Positions 12,173 to 25,821 of a stretch of DNA of 39,195 bases are shown piece after piece. The translations under genes were made by a program, and so were the position numbers. The stretch covers positions 1 through 39,195 of the forward strand of contig JAUCBJ010005460.1 in assembly GCA_032718475.1 (NCBI GenBank). Reading direction: 5' to 3'. Every line of letters starts with the position of its first letter. Positions within the stretch are counted from its first letter, which is position 1. The stretch comes from Nemertoderma westbladi (Eukaryota; Animalia; Xenacoelomorpha). Under the pieces are notes generated by a model that did not search any database, was not told where the DNA came from, and worked only from the letters and a program-made list of their open reading frames with translations.

Positions 12173-14825
12173 CATTCCACCTTCCCCAGTTCCAGCAACC
12201 ACTCCACCATCCCCAGTTCCAACCACATCTCCACCATCCCCAGTTCCTGCAACCATTCCACCTTCCTCAGTTCCAACAACCACTCCACCATCCCCAGTTC
12301 CAACCACATCTCCACCATCCCCAGTTCCTGCAACCACTCCACCATCCCCAGTTCCAACCACATCTCCACCATCCCCAGTTCCAACAACCATTCCACCTTC
12401 CCCAGTTCCAGCAACCACTCCACCATCCCCAGTTCCAACCACATCTCCACCTTCCCCAGTTCCAACAACCACTCCTCCTTCCCCAGTTCCAACAACCATT
12501 CCACCTTCCCCAGTTCCAGCAACCACTCCACCATCCCCAGTTCCAACCACATCTCCACCATCCCCAGTTCCAACAACCATTCCACCTTCCCCAGTTCCAG
12601 CAACCACTCAACCATCCCCAGTTCCAACCACATCTCAACCTTCCCTCGTTCCAACAACCATTCCACCTTCCCCAGTTCCAACCACATCTCCACCATCCCC
12701 AGTTCCTGCAACCATTCCACCTTCCCCAGTTCCATCAACCATTCCACCTTCCCCAGTTCCAGCAACCACTCCACCATCCCCAGTTCCAACCACATCTCCA
12801 CCTTCCCCCGTTCCAACAACCATTCCACCTTCCCCAGTTCCAGCAACCACTCCACCATCCCCAGTTCCAACCACATCTCCACCTTCCCCCGTTCCAACAA
12901 CCATTCCACCTTCCTCAGTTCCAACAACCATTCCACCTTCCCCAGTTCCAGCAACCATTCCACCTTCCCCAGTTCCAACAACCATTCCACCATCCCCAGT
13001 TCCAACAACCATTCCACCTTCCCCAGTTCCAGCAACCACTCCACCATCCCCAGTTCCAACCACATCTCCACCATCCCCAGTTCCTGCAACCATTCCACCT
13101 TCCTCAGTTCCAACAACCACTCCACCATCCCCAGTTCCAACCACATCTCCACCATCCCCAGTTCCTGCAACCATTCCACCTTCCCCAGTTCTATCAACCA
13201 TTCCACCTTCCCCAGTTCCATCAACCATTCCACCATCCCCAGTTACAACCACATCTCCACCTTCCCCAGTTCCAACAATCACCCACCTTCCCCAGTTCCA
13301 ACCACATCTCCACCATCCCCAGTTCCTGCAACCATTCCACCTTCCCCAGTTCCATCAACCATTCCACCATCCCCAGTTACAACCACATCTCCACCATCCC
13401 CAGTTCCTGCAACCACTCCACCTTCCCCAGTTCCATCAACCATTCCACCATCCCCAGTTCCATCAACCATTCCACCATCCCCAGTTACAACCACATCTCC
13501 ACCTTCCACAGTTCCAACAATCACCCCACCTTCCCCAGTTCCAACCACATCTCCAGTTCCAACAACAATTCCACCTCCCCCAGTTCCAACCACATCTCCC
13601 CAGTTCCAACAATCACCCCACCTTCCCCAGTTCCAACCACATCTCCACCATCCCCAGTTCCTGCAACCATTCCACCTTCCCCAGTTCCATCAACCATTCC
13701 ACCATCCCCAGTTACAACCACATCTCCACCATCCCCAGTTCCTGCAACCACTCCACCTTCCCCAGTTCCAACAACCATTCCACCTTCCCCAGTTCCAACC
13801 ACATCTCCACATTCCCCAGTTCCAACCACATCTCCACCTTCCCCAGTCCCAGCAACCACTCCACCTTCCCCAGTTCCAACAACCACTCCACCATCCCCAG
13901 TTCCAACCACATCTCCACCATCCCCAGTTCCTGCAACCATTCCACCTTCCCCAGTTCCATCAACCATTCCACCATCCCCAGTTACAACCACATCTCCACC
14001 TTCCCCAGTTCCAACAATCACCCCACCTTCCCCAGTTCCAACCACATCTCCACCATCCCCAGTTCCAACAACAATTCCACCTCCCCCAGTTCCAACCACA
14101 TCTCCACATTCCCCAGTTCCAACCACATCTCCACCTTCCCCAGTCCCAGCAACCACTCAACCTTCCCCAGTTCCAACAACCACTCCACCATCCCCAGTTC
14201 CAACCACATCTCCACCTTCCCCCGTTCCAACCCCATCTCCACCATCCCCAGTTCCAACAACCACTCCACCTTCCCCAGTTCCAACCACATCTCCACCTTC
14301 CCCAGTCCCAGCAACCACTCCACCTTCCCCAGTTCCAACAACCACTCCACCATCCCCAGTTCCAACCACATCTCCACCTTCCCCCGTTCCAACCCCATCT
14401 CCACCATCCCCAGTTCCAACAACCACTCCACCTTCCCCAGTTCCAACCACATCTCCACCTTCCCCAGTCCCAGCAACCACTCCACCTTCCCCAGTTCCAA
14501 CAACCACTCCACCATCCCCAGTTCCAACCACATCTCCACCTTCCCCCGTTCCAACCCCATCTCCACCATCCCCAGTTCCAACAACCACTCCACCTTCCCC
14601 AGTTCCAACCACATCTCCACCATCCCCAGTTCCAACAACAATTCCACCCCCCCCAGTTCCAACCATATCTCCACCTTCCCCAGTTCCAGCAACCATTCCA
14701 CCTTCCCCAGTTTCAACAACCATTCCACATTCCCCAGTTCCAACAACCATTCCACCTTCCCCAGTTTCAACAACCACTCCACCTTCCCCAGTTCCAACAC
14801 CCATTCCGCGTCCCCAGTTCCAACA
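12173..14825. repeat. 27-bp minisatellite, right block (~95-100 units, more diverged towards 14825)
   Basis: Same unit as the left block. Grades into unique Gly/Glu-rich coding-like sequence at 14810-15008. Confidence 0.97.
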
Positions 14826-16759
14826 AGAGCTCCATCTAGTTCTCCTTCTTCACCTTCCGTTTCCCCAGTACCTAACACTACATCACCCATCCCAGGTCCG
14901 GCGTCCAACTACTCCATTTGTCCCAGTTCCTATTTCTCCTGCTGATGTAATAACAAATCCAATAAACGTATCCAGATTCTCTTCCTCGTCATTATTGTCA
15001 AACTCCATTTCCCCTTAAAACTTACAAGACTGTTAGTACACTGTTGGTTGTAATAAAGAGTAAATTCCTAACAAAAATCAATATAACTAGATAGGGTGAA
15101 TTAATTTGCGCCAGGTCAAATTAAAATAACTAAAATTAATTACCCGCCAGACAGAGTTACCTTTAAGTAGTGTAAATAAATATTATTAAATGATAAAGGA
15201 TATTACTTCTGATTGGTCAATTCCTTAAATAATTGATTGGCTTAAAAGTAAAGCGCAAGGCAAAAAACCCTAACTCAAGGATAGGGTTATTTGGTCGACA
15301 GAGTTAACAAGGCAAAGAAAGCACCCTATATGGTCGAATTTAGCTATGGGGTGTTTTGCCTCGCAGCCGTTGATTTGAGATGCTGCCGTGGGGTGTTTTA
15401 AGATTGAAAAAGTCCGATTTCGTGAAAGGAACACCCCACTTTTCTTAGTTTCATTGAAAAGAGCGTGTCGAGTTACCCCAATTGATCAAATAAAATTTTT
15501 TTTGAAACTTTTGAGATAGGGTGTATTGCCAAACAACGGCAGCACGGGTGTGGTATAATATGGCATACATCAATACGAAACAGTTTGTTTTAAACAACCG
15601 GCTCCAAAATACATAATAGTGGCAACACATATTTTAACGACTTTGCGCCACAATTTTGCTACTTTTAGTAACCTTGACAAACTATATTATATTAAAGCCA
15701 ATTTTCTAGTGCATATTTTGGTACCAAATTTGTATATCTGTTATAAACATTTTAGAAGTTTTTACAGCAGTTTTAAATAAAAAGTATCGTGATTTTTGCC
15801 ACAGCATAAAGTTGGTGTTGGTTTGAACTCTGTATCTCAACTAATAATCTAATTGAATGCTGAATAAATTCTGCTTTAATTAATGCAGTTTCAAATAGTC
15901 AGTGTTGAAGAAATATAGCCGTTCATGAAAAAATATCCAAATTTTTTGCGTTCTCGATTGAAGCAACTCTCATTAAATAATATCGACTTAAACCGAAGTT
16001 ACGGGTCATTGACTGCACTTGCACATAGAACACTCTGGTCAAGCAAGATGTCCGCAGTTTAACGTATAGTACTGCTGATTGTTGAATGATAAATATTTGT
16101 CAGAATTACTTAACTATTACATTTTCTCAAAGATAATTTCAAGTAGCTTCTAGACAATGACAATGAGTTTAAATTAACTTTAGAGTTAATTTCAAAATAT
16201 TGTCCACAGTGTAACACTATGCCACGTCACATTGTGGAATTTGCGGAAATTCGATGTGTAACATTTTGAATGACCAATTCTGATCGACTCAAAGATTGCG
16301 TTACTATACCATGGACTAAGTGTTACACTTATGTACAAGGCCAGGTCATGTGATTGGTTAATCTGAGGATTGTTTTTTACATATATTTTTGTTCTCAATA
16401 GCTTTATCCTCCAGGGAAAATAACCACATTGAGTTCTGAATGATATTAATAAAGTCGTATTTTGACAAAGCATTTGTCACTAAATATGTTAGCACCAAAT
16501 ATCTTCAATAAATATTTAAAGTTGTTTTGTTTGTGTTTTTTGATGGCCCTAGCCCCCTAGAGGCTGAGTACTATTTCGGGCTTAATGGGGTAGGTGTAAA
16601 ACGTCGACCCGGATACGGATCAGGACCCGGATTTGCGAGTGTAAAACGCGGATCCGGATTTACATGCAATCCGTAACTGAATATGCGGATTCTGAAATAC
16701 GCAATCAGTATTGAAGTGTAAAACGCGGATTCATATATTTTGTGAATCTGGGATGGAGT

Positions 16760-19700
16760 GTAAAACACGGATTCACGTTAATTCCAAAGTGTTACTGGAT
16801 CCAGGAAGGGGTGTGAAACACGGATTTACGTTAATTACCAGGTTTTAATGGATCCCGGAAGGGGTGTAAAATGTGGATTCAAGTTAATTACCAAGTGTTA
16901 CTGGATCCGGGAAGGGTTGTAAAACGCGGATTCAAGTTAATTACAAAGTGTTACGGGATACGGGAATGGGTGTAAAACGCGGATTCAAGTTAATTACAAA
17001 GTGTTACTGGATCCGGGAACGGGTGTAAAACACGGATTCAAGTTAATTACAAAGTGTTACTGGATCCGCGAACGGGTGTAAAACGCGGATTCAAGTTATT
17101 TATTACAAAGTGTTACTGGATCCGGGAATGGGTGTAAAACACGGATTCAAGTTATTTATTACAAAGTGTTACTGGATCCGGGAATGGGTGTAAAACACGG
17201 ATTCAAGTTAATTACAAAGTTTTACTGGATCCGGGAACGGGTGTAAAACACGGATTCAAGTTAATTACAAAGTGTTACTGGATCCGGGAAGGGGTTTAAA
17301 ACACTGGTCAAGTTTTATTGGATCCGGGAAGGGGTGTAAAACACGGATTCAAGTTAATTACAAAGTGTTACTGGATCCGGGAACGGGTGTAAAACACGGA
17401 TTCAAGTTAATTACAAAGTGTTACTGGATCCGGGAACGGGTGTAAAACACGGATTCAAGTTAATTACAAAGTGTTACTGGATCCGCGAACGGGTGTAAAA
17501 CGCGGATTCAAGTTATTTATTACAAAGTGTTACTGGATCCGGGAATGGGTGTAAAACACGGATTCAAGTTAATTACAAAGTTTTACTGGATCCGGGAACG
17601 GGTGTAAAACACGGATTCAAGTTAATTACAAAGTGTTACTGGATCCGGGAACGGGTGTAAAACACGGATTCAAGTTATTTATTACAAAGTGCTACAGGAT
17701 CCGTGAAGGGGTGTAAAACGCGGATTCATGTTAATTACAAAGTGTTACTGGATCCGGGAACGGGTGTAAAACACGGATTCAAGTTAATTACAAAGTGTTA
17801 CTGGATCCTGGAAGGGGTGTAAAACGCGGATTCAAGTCAATTATTACAAAGTGCTACAGGATCCGTGAAGGGGTGTAAAACGCGGATTCATGTTAATTAC
17901 AAAGTGTTACTGGATCCGGGAACGGGTGTAAAACACGGATTCAAGTTAATTACAAAGTGTTACTGGATCCTGGAAGGGGTGTAAAACGCGGATTCAAGTC
18001 AATTATTACAAAGTGTTACTGGATCCGCGAACGGGTGTAAAACGCGGATTCAAGTTATTTATTACAAAGTGTTACTGGATCCGGGAATGGGTGTAAAACA
18101 CGGATTCAAGTTATTTATTACAAAGTGCTACAGGATCCGTGAAGGGGTGTAAAACGCGGATTCATGTTAATTGCAAAGTGTTACTGGATCCGGGAATGGG
18201 TGTAAAACACTGGTCAAGTTTTATTGGATCCCGGAAGGGGTGTAAAACGTGGATTCAAGTAAATTATTACAAAGTGGTGCTGCATCTGGGAAGGGGTGTA
18301 CAACTCGGATTCATGTTAATTACAGAGTTTTACTGGATCCGGGAAGGGGTGTAAAACACGGATTCATGTTAATTACAGAGTTTTACTGGATCCGGGAAGG
18401 GGTGTAAAACACGGATTCAAGTTAATTACAAAGTGTTACTGGATCCGGGAACGGGTGTAAAACACGGATTCAAGTTAATTACAAAGTGTTACTGGATCCT
18501 GGAAGATGTGTAAAACGCGGATTCAAGTTAATTACAAAGTGTTACTGGATCCGGGAAGGGGTGTAAAACGCGGATTCAAGTCAATTACAAAGTGTTACTG
18601 GATCCGGGAAGGGGTGTAAAACGCAGATTCAAGTTAATTATTATTACAAAGTGTTACTGGATCCGGGAAGGGGTGTAAAATGTGGATTAAAGTTAATTAC
18701 AAAGTGCTACTGGATACGGGAAGGGGTGTAAAACGCGGATTCAAGTCAATTACAAAGTGTTACTGGATCCGGGAAGGGGTGTAAAACGCAGATTCAAGTT
18801 AATTATTATTACAAAGTGTTACTGGATCCGGGAAGGGGTGTAAAATGTGGATTAAAGTTAATTACAAAGTGCTACTGGATACGGGAAGGGGTGTAAAACG
18901 CGGATTCAAGTTAATTACAAAGTGTTACTGGATCCGCGAACGGGTGTAAAACGCGGATTCAAGTTAATTACAAAGTGTTACTGGATCCGCGAACGGGTGT
19001 AAAACGCGGATTCAAGTTAATTACAAAGTGTTACTGGATCCGCGAACGGGTGTAAAACGCGGATTCAAGTTAATTACAAAGTGTTACTGGATCCGGGAAG
19101 GGGTGTAAAACGCGGATTCAAGTTATTTGTTACAAAGTGTTACTGAATCCGGGATGGGGTGTAAAACGCGGATTCATGTTAATTACAAAGTGTCACTGGA
19201 TCCGGGGAGGGGTGTAAAACGCGGATTCATGTTAATTACCAAGTGTTACTGAATCCGGGATGGGGTGTAAAACGCGGATTCATGTTAATTACCAAGTGTT
19301 ACTGGATCCGGGAAGGGGTGTAAAACGCGGATTCAAGTTGATTACAAAGTGTTACTGGATCCGGGAAGGGGTGTAAAACGCGGATTCAAGTTGATTACAA
19401 AGTGTTACTGGATCCGGGAAGGGGTGTAAAACGCGGATTCATGTTAATTACCAAGTGTTACTGGATCCGGGAAGGGGTGTAAAACTCGGATTCAAGTTAT
19501 TTATTACAAAGTGTTACTGAATCCGGGATGGGGTGTAAAACGCGGATTCATGTTAATTACAAAGTGTCACTGGATCCGGGGAGGGGTGTAAAACGCGGAT
19601 TCAAGTTATTTATTACAAAGTGTTACTGAATCCGGGATGGGGTGTAAAACGCGGATTCATGTTAATTACAAAGTGCTACTGGATCCGGGATGGGGTGTAA

Positions 19701-22700
19701 AACGCGGATTCAAGTTATTTATTACAAAGTGTTACTGAATCCGGGATGGGGTGTAAAACGCGGATTCATGTTAATTACAAAGTGTTACTGGATCCGGGGA
19801 GGGGTGTAAAACGCGGATTCAAGTTAATTACCAAGTTTTTTTAGATCCGGCAAGGGGTGTAAAATGCGGATTCAAGTTAATTACAAAGTGCTACTGGATA
19901 CGGGAAGGGGTGTAAAACGCGGATTCAAGTTATTTATTACAAAGTGTTACTGAATCCGGGATGGGGTGTAAAACACGGATTCAAGTTAATTACAAAGTGT
20001 TACTGGATCCGGGAAGGGGTGTAAAACGCGGATTCAAGTTAATTACAAAGTGTTACTGGATCCGGGAAGGGGTGTAAAACGCGGATTCAAGTTATTTATT
20101 ACAAAGTGTTACTGAATCCGGGATGGGGTGTAAAACACGGATTCAAGTTAATTACAAAGTGCTACTGGATACGTGAAGGGGTGTAAAACGCGGATTCAAG
20201 TTAATTACAAAGTGCTACTGGATACGGGAAGGGGTGTAAAACGCGGATTCAAGTTATTTATTACAAAGTGTTACTGAATCCGGGATGGGGTGTAAAACGC
20301 GGATTCAAGTTAATTACAAAGTGTCACTGGATCCGGGGAGGGGTGTAAAACGCGGATTCAAGTTATTTATTACAAAGTGTTACTGAATCCGGGATGGGGT
20401 GTAAAACACGGATTCAAGTTAATTACAAAGTGTTACTGGATCCGGGAAGGGGTGTAAAACGCGGATTCAAGTTAATTACAAAGTGTTACTGAATCCGGGA
20501 TGGGGTGTAAAACGCGGATTCAAGTTAATTACAAAGTGCTACTGGATACGTGAAGGGGTGTAAAACGCGGATTCAAGTTAATTACAAAGTGCTACTGGAT
20601 ACGGGAAGGGGTGTAAAACGCGGATTCAAGTTATTTATTACAAAGTGTTACTGAATCCGGGATGGGGTGTAAAACGCGGATTCAAGTTAATTACAAAGTG
20701 TTACTGAATCCGGGATGGGGTGTAAAACGCGGATTCAAGTTAATTACAAAGTGCTACTGGATACGGGAAGGGGTGTAAAACGCGGATTCAAGTTAATTAC
20801 AAAGTGTTACTGAATCCGGGATGGGGTGTAAAACGCGGATTCAATTTAATTACAAAGTGCTACTGGATACGGGAAGGGGTGTAAAACGCGGATTCAAGTT
20901 ATTTATTACAAAGTGTTACTGAATCCGGGATGGGGTGTAAAACACGGATTCAAGTTAATTACAAAGTGTCACTAGATCCGGGGAGGGGTGTAAAACGCGG
21001 ATTCAAGTTATTTATTACAAAGTGTTACTGAATCCGGGATGGGGTGTAAAACGCGGATTCAAGTTATTTATTACAAAGTGTTACTGAATCCGGGAAGGGG
21101 TGTAAAACGCGGATTCATGTTAATTACAAAGTGCTACTGGATACGGGAAGGGGTGTAAAACGCGGATTCAAGTTATTTATTACAAAGTGTTACTGAATCC
21201 GGGATGGGGTGTAAAACACGGATTCAAGTTAATTACAAAGTGTCACTGGATCCGGGGAGGGGTGTAAAACGCGGATTCAAGTTATTTATTACAAAGTGTT
21301 ACTGAATCCGGGATGGGGTGTAAAACACGGATTCAAGTTAATTACAAAGTGTTACTGGATCCGGGAAGGGGTGTAAAACGCGGATTCAAGTTAATTACAA
21401 AGTGTTACTGAATCCGGGATGGGGTGTAAAACGCGGATTCAAGTTATTTATTACAAAGTGTTACTGAATCCGGGATGGGGTGTAAAACGCGGATTCAAGT
21501 TAATTACAAAGTGTTACTGAATCCGGGATGGGGTGTAAAACGCGGATTCAAGTTATTTATTACAAAGTGTTACTGAATCCGGGATGGGGTGTAAAACGTG
21601 GATTCAAGTTAATTACAAAGTGTTACTGAATCCGGGATGGGGTGTAAAACGCGGATTCAAGTTAATTACAAAGTGTTACTGAATCCGGGAAGGGGTGTAA
21701 AAAGCGGATTCAAGTTATTTATTACAAAGTGTTACTGAATCCGGGATGGGGTGTAAAACGCGGATTCATGTTAATTACAAAGTGTCACTGGATCCGGGGA
21801 GGGGTGTAAAACGCGGATTCAAGTTATTTATTACAAAGTGTTACTGAATCCGGGATGGGGTGTAAAACGCGGATTCATGTTAATTACAAAGTGTCACTGG
21901 ATCCGGGGAGGGGTGTAAAACGCGGATTCAAGTTATTTATTACAAAGTGTTACTGAATCCGGGATGGGGTGTAAAACGCGGATTCATGTTAATTACAAAG
22001 TGTCACTGGATCCGGGGAGGGGTGTAAAACGCGGATTCAAGTTATTTATTACAAGTGTTACTGAATCCGGGATGGGGTGTAAAACGCGGATTCAAGTTAA
22101 TTACAAAGTGTTACTGGATCCGGGAAGGGGTGTAAAACGCGGATTCAAGTTATTTATTACAAAGTGTTACTGAATCCGGGATGGGGTGTAAAACGCGGAT
22201 TCATGTTAATTACAAAGTGTCACTGGATCCGGGGAGGGGTGTAAAACGCGGATTCAAGTTATTTATTACAAAGTGTTACTGAATCCGGGATGGGGTGTAA
22301 AACGCGGATTCATGTTAATTACAAAGTGTCACTGGATCCGGGGAGGGGTGTAAAACGCGGATTCAAGTTATTTATTACAAGTGTTACTGAATCCGGGATG
22401 GGGTATAAAACGCGGATTCAAGTTAATTACAAAGTGTCACTGGATCCGGGGAGGGGTGTAAAACGCGGATTCAAGTTAATTACACAAAGTGTTACTGGAT
22501 CCGGGAAGGGGTGTAAAACGCGGATTCAAGTTAATTACACAAAGTGTCACTGGATCCGGGGAGGGGTGTAAAACGCGGATTCAAGTTATTTATTACAAAG
22601 TGTTACTGAATCCGGGATGGGGTGTAAAACACGGATTCAAGTTAATTACAAAGTGTCACTGGATCCGGGGAGGGGTGTAAAACGCGGATTCAAGTTAATT

Positions 22701-24245
22701 ACACAAAGTGTTACTGGATCCGGGAAGGGGTGTAAAACGCGGATTCAAGTTAATTACACAAAGTGTCACTGGATCCGGGGAGGGGTGTAAAACGCGGATT
22801 CAAGTTATTTATTACAAAGTGTTACTGAATCCGGGATGGGGTGTAAAACGCGGATTCAAGTTATTTACAAAGTGTTACTGGATCCGGGAAGGGGTGTAAA
22901 ACGCGGATTCAAGTTATTTATTACAAAGTGTTACTGGATCCGGGAAGCGGTGTAAAACGCGGATTCAAGTTAATTACCAAGTGTTACTGGGTCCGGGAAG
23001 GGGTGTAAAACGCGGATTCTAGTTAATTACCAAGTGTTACTGGATCCGGGAAGGGGTGTAAAACGCGGATTCAAGTTATTTATTACAAAGTGTTACTGAA
23101 TCCGGGATGGGGTGTAAAACGCGGATTCATGTTAATTACAAAGTGTCACTGGATCCGGGGAGGGGTGTAAAACGCGGATTCAAGTTATTTATTACAAAGT
23201 GTTACTGAATCCGGGATGGGGTGTAAAACGCGGATTCAAGTTATTTACAAAGTGTTACTGGATCCGGGAAGGGGTGTAAAACGCGGATTCAAGTTATTTA
23301 TTACAAAGTGTTACTGAATCCGGGATGGGGTGTAAAACGCGGATTCAAGTTAATTACAAAGTGTTACGGGATCCGGGGAGGGGTGTAAAACGCGGATTCA
23401 AGTTATTTACAAAGTGTTACTGGATCCGGGAAGGGGTGTAAAACGCGGATTCAAGTTATTTATTACAAAGTGTTACTGAATCCGGGATGGGGTGTAAAAC
23501 GCGGATTCATGTTAATTACAAAGTGTCACTGGATCCGGGGAGGGGTGTAAAACGCGGATTCAAGTTAATTACCAAGTGTTACTGGCTGGATCCGGGAAGG
23601 GGTGTAAAACGCGGATTCAAGTTAATTACAAAGTGTTACGGGATCCGGGGAGGGGTGTAAAACGCGGATTCAAGTTATTTACAAAGTGTTACTGGATCCG
23701 GGAAGGGGTGTAAAATGCGGATTCAAGTTATTTATTACAAAGTGTTACTGAATCCGGGATGGGGTGTAAAACGCGGATTCATGTTAATTACAAAGTGTCA
23801 CTGGATCCGGGGAGGGGTGTAAAACGCGGATTCAAGTTAATTACCAAGTGTTACTGGCTGGATCCGGGAAGGGGTGTAAAACGCGGATTCAAGTTATTTA
23901 CAAAGTGTTACTGGATCCGGGAAGGGGTGTAAAACGCGGATTCAAGTTAATTACAAAGTGTCACTGGATCCGGGGAGGGGTGTAAAACGCGGATTCAAGT
24001 TAATTACCAAGTGTTACTGGCTGGATCCGGGAAGGGGTGTAAAACGCGGATTCAAGTTATTTACAAAGTGTTACTGGATCCGGGAAGGGGTGTAAAACGC
24101 GGATTCATGTTAATTACAAAGTGTCACTGGATCCGGGGAGGGGTGTAAAACGCGGATTCAAGTTAATTACCAAGTGTTACTGGCTGGATCCGGGAAGGGG
24201 TGTAAAACGCGGATTCAAGTTATTTACAAAGTGTTACTGAATCCG
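16760..24245 (+). repeat. 53/56-bp satellite, left arm (~135-140 units)
   Basis: Unit TGTAAAACGCGGATTCAAGTTAATTACAAAGTGTTACTGGATCCGGGAAGGGG. Period 53 measured at 18961/19014. The 56-bp variant carries TTATTTATTAC. Confidence 0.97.
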
Positions 24246-24296
24246 TCGTAGATAGAGGATCACGGATTTATTGCACGTAAATATATTTATTATTAT

Positions 24297-25821
24297 AGAA
24301 GAAGAAGCAAGCGCCCCATAGGGGCATATATTTATTCTAATTATAATAAATCGGTAAAAACACCAATAGATAAAAATAAGTAAAACCAGGAAACTCATGA
24401 AACATTGCATATATATAAATCAATTTCATAAAAGTGTTAGTAAGTTAAGTTGATAAGTTTAAGTTTATTTACTACATGGGATACAAGCGGGATAAAAGCA
24501 ATTTAAAATTAAATAATTTATTATAATTATAATTTTGAGAGGTAAAAGGCTTGTCTCAGCGGTGTACTTAGTTTCGGCAGTTTGGGACATGTCTTGTAAT
24601 GGTGGGTTTCCGAACACGAGTTATCACACCAATTGCAAACACATAGTGGGCTCGATCTCCAGCAATTTCTTGTCGAGCAGAACTTGTGATGGTAACCGTT
24701 GGCTACCAGTTGGGCTGCGACCCTCCTTCGTACTCCAAACAGACCTTCCAGGTTGATATCCGTTGGGTCGGAGTGCGGGTTATCTATTTTAGTTAGAATA
24801 GCCGAAGTTGATGCGTACTTTGATATACCACACCATTGTTTCCAGTAAAAACCTCTCACTTTTTGAACATGTACTAAATCACTTACTTCAATATTACTAT
24901 CAAAGATGTTACACCCATAAGTTATTGTTGGTATTACAATTGATAACCATAGTAATTTAGCAGTTTCTATAGTAACGCTAGATAAGCATATCTTGACATT
25001 TAAACGTACACAACATGCTAAACCTTTTCTGTATAGATGTTCATAATGATTAGAAGCACCATTTTTAGTGGAAAAGACTACACCTAGATATTCAAACTTG
25101 TTTTGAAATGTTAAATGTACACCATTATATAACAAAATATCGTTACGACAGAGTTTACCGCCTCTTCTAAATTTGACTACTTTAGTCTTATCAATATTTA
25201 CCTTTAAATCATTTTGTAAACAATATAAATATAATTTATCTAAGCTTTGTTGAATATCGGATATGCTTGTTCCTACTATAACTAAATCATCTGCGTATAA
25301 TAAACACCAGCAGGCTGCTACAATAATAGAACAAGGTAAATCTGAAATAAATAAACTAAAAAGAAGGGGGGACAATTTATCCCCTTGTAAGACTCCAACC
25401 GTTTGTGGTATTGGATCAAGCAAATAGGCACCAATGCAAATTCGTACAAAATTTATGGCTAGAATCGACCATAAAGCTAGCAAAAACTTTCGGCTAACCC
25501 CTAGGCAAGATAATTTGCAAATTAGTTTCTCTCTATTAACCGTATCGAACGCTTTCGAAAAGTCTATAAACACACAGTAAATTGACCCTCCACTGACTGA
25601 TAGCACTGAACCTATGGCATCATAAAGCAATTTTACAGCCATTAGCGTGGAACGGTTCTCCCTGAAACCGTACTGCTCGTCCGGCAAGATTTGATTTGTT
25701 TCCGCCCATGTATATAGACGTCTCGCTAGTATTGCTGTGTAGCATTTCAATTGGTGGCATAGTAGAGCGATGCCCCGATAGTTTGTGGGTGCCGACTTGG
25801 AACCCTTCCCCTTGTAGAGCA
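24297..25821 (-). mobile_element. 5'-truncated non-LTR retrotransposon (CR1/L2-group-like), recent insertion
   Basis: 14-bp TSD ATATTTATTATTAT (24283-24296, 25822-25835). The 3' end has AATAAA, a GCCCC-TAT-GGGGC hairpin and a (TTC)n tail. Confidence 0.93.
24527..25821 (-). CDS. Reverse transcriptase ORF2 fragment (~431 aa, lacks the endonuclease)
   Basis: Motifs NYRGIALL, EQYGFR, FIDFSKAFD, GVLQGDKLSPLLFSLFI, LLYADD, KTKVVKF and FEYLGV, plus a Cys/His-rich C-terminus. No stops, but no true start because it is truncated at the TSD. Confidence 0.92.

Larger units (their letters stand above)
7608..15008 (-). pseudogene. Disrupted ORF of the TIR element: acidic N-terminus followed by (VVGTGEGGM/V/D)n
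   Basis: ATG at 15008 reads MEFDNNDEEENLDTFIGFVITSAGEIGTGTNGVVG. After a frameshift it continues AGPGMGDVVLGTGETEGEEGELDGALVGTGD and then enters the repeat. Broken by frameshifts, stops and the solo LTR. Confidence 0.5.
7137..15543 (-). mobile_element. 8.4-kb DNA-transposon derivative with perfect 29-bp TIRs (superfamily unresolved)
   Basis: GCTGCCGTTGTTTGGCAATACACCCTATC at 7137-7165 and its exact reverse complement at 15515-15543. Subterminal copies of GGGTG(T/C)(A/T)TTGCC-like motifs near both ends. No TSD found. Confidence 0.85.

Noticed and set aside
15550-16215. Possible Tc1/Transib-like end (…TGTCCACAGTGTA) and MITE-like AT-rich segment
   Set aside because: No matching opposite terminus or TSD could be identified.
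16760-24245. CRISPR-like array (regular partly palindromic repeats)
   Set aside because: No unique spacers and no cas genes; the context is a eukaryotic intron. It is a tandem satellite.
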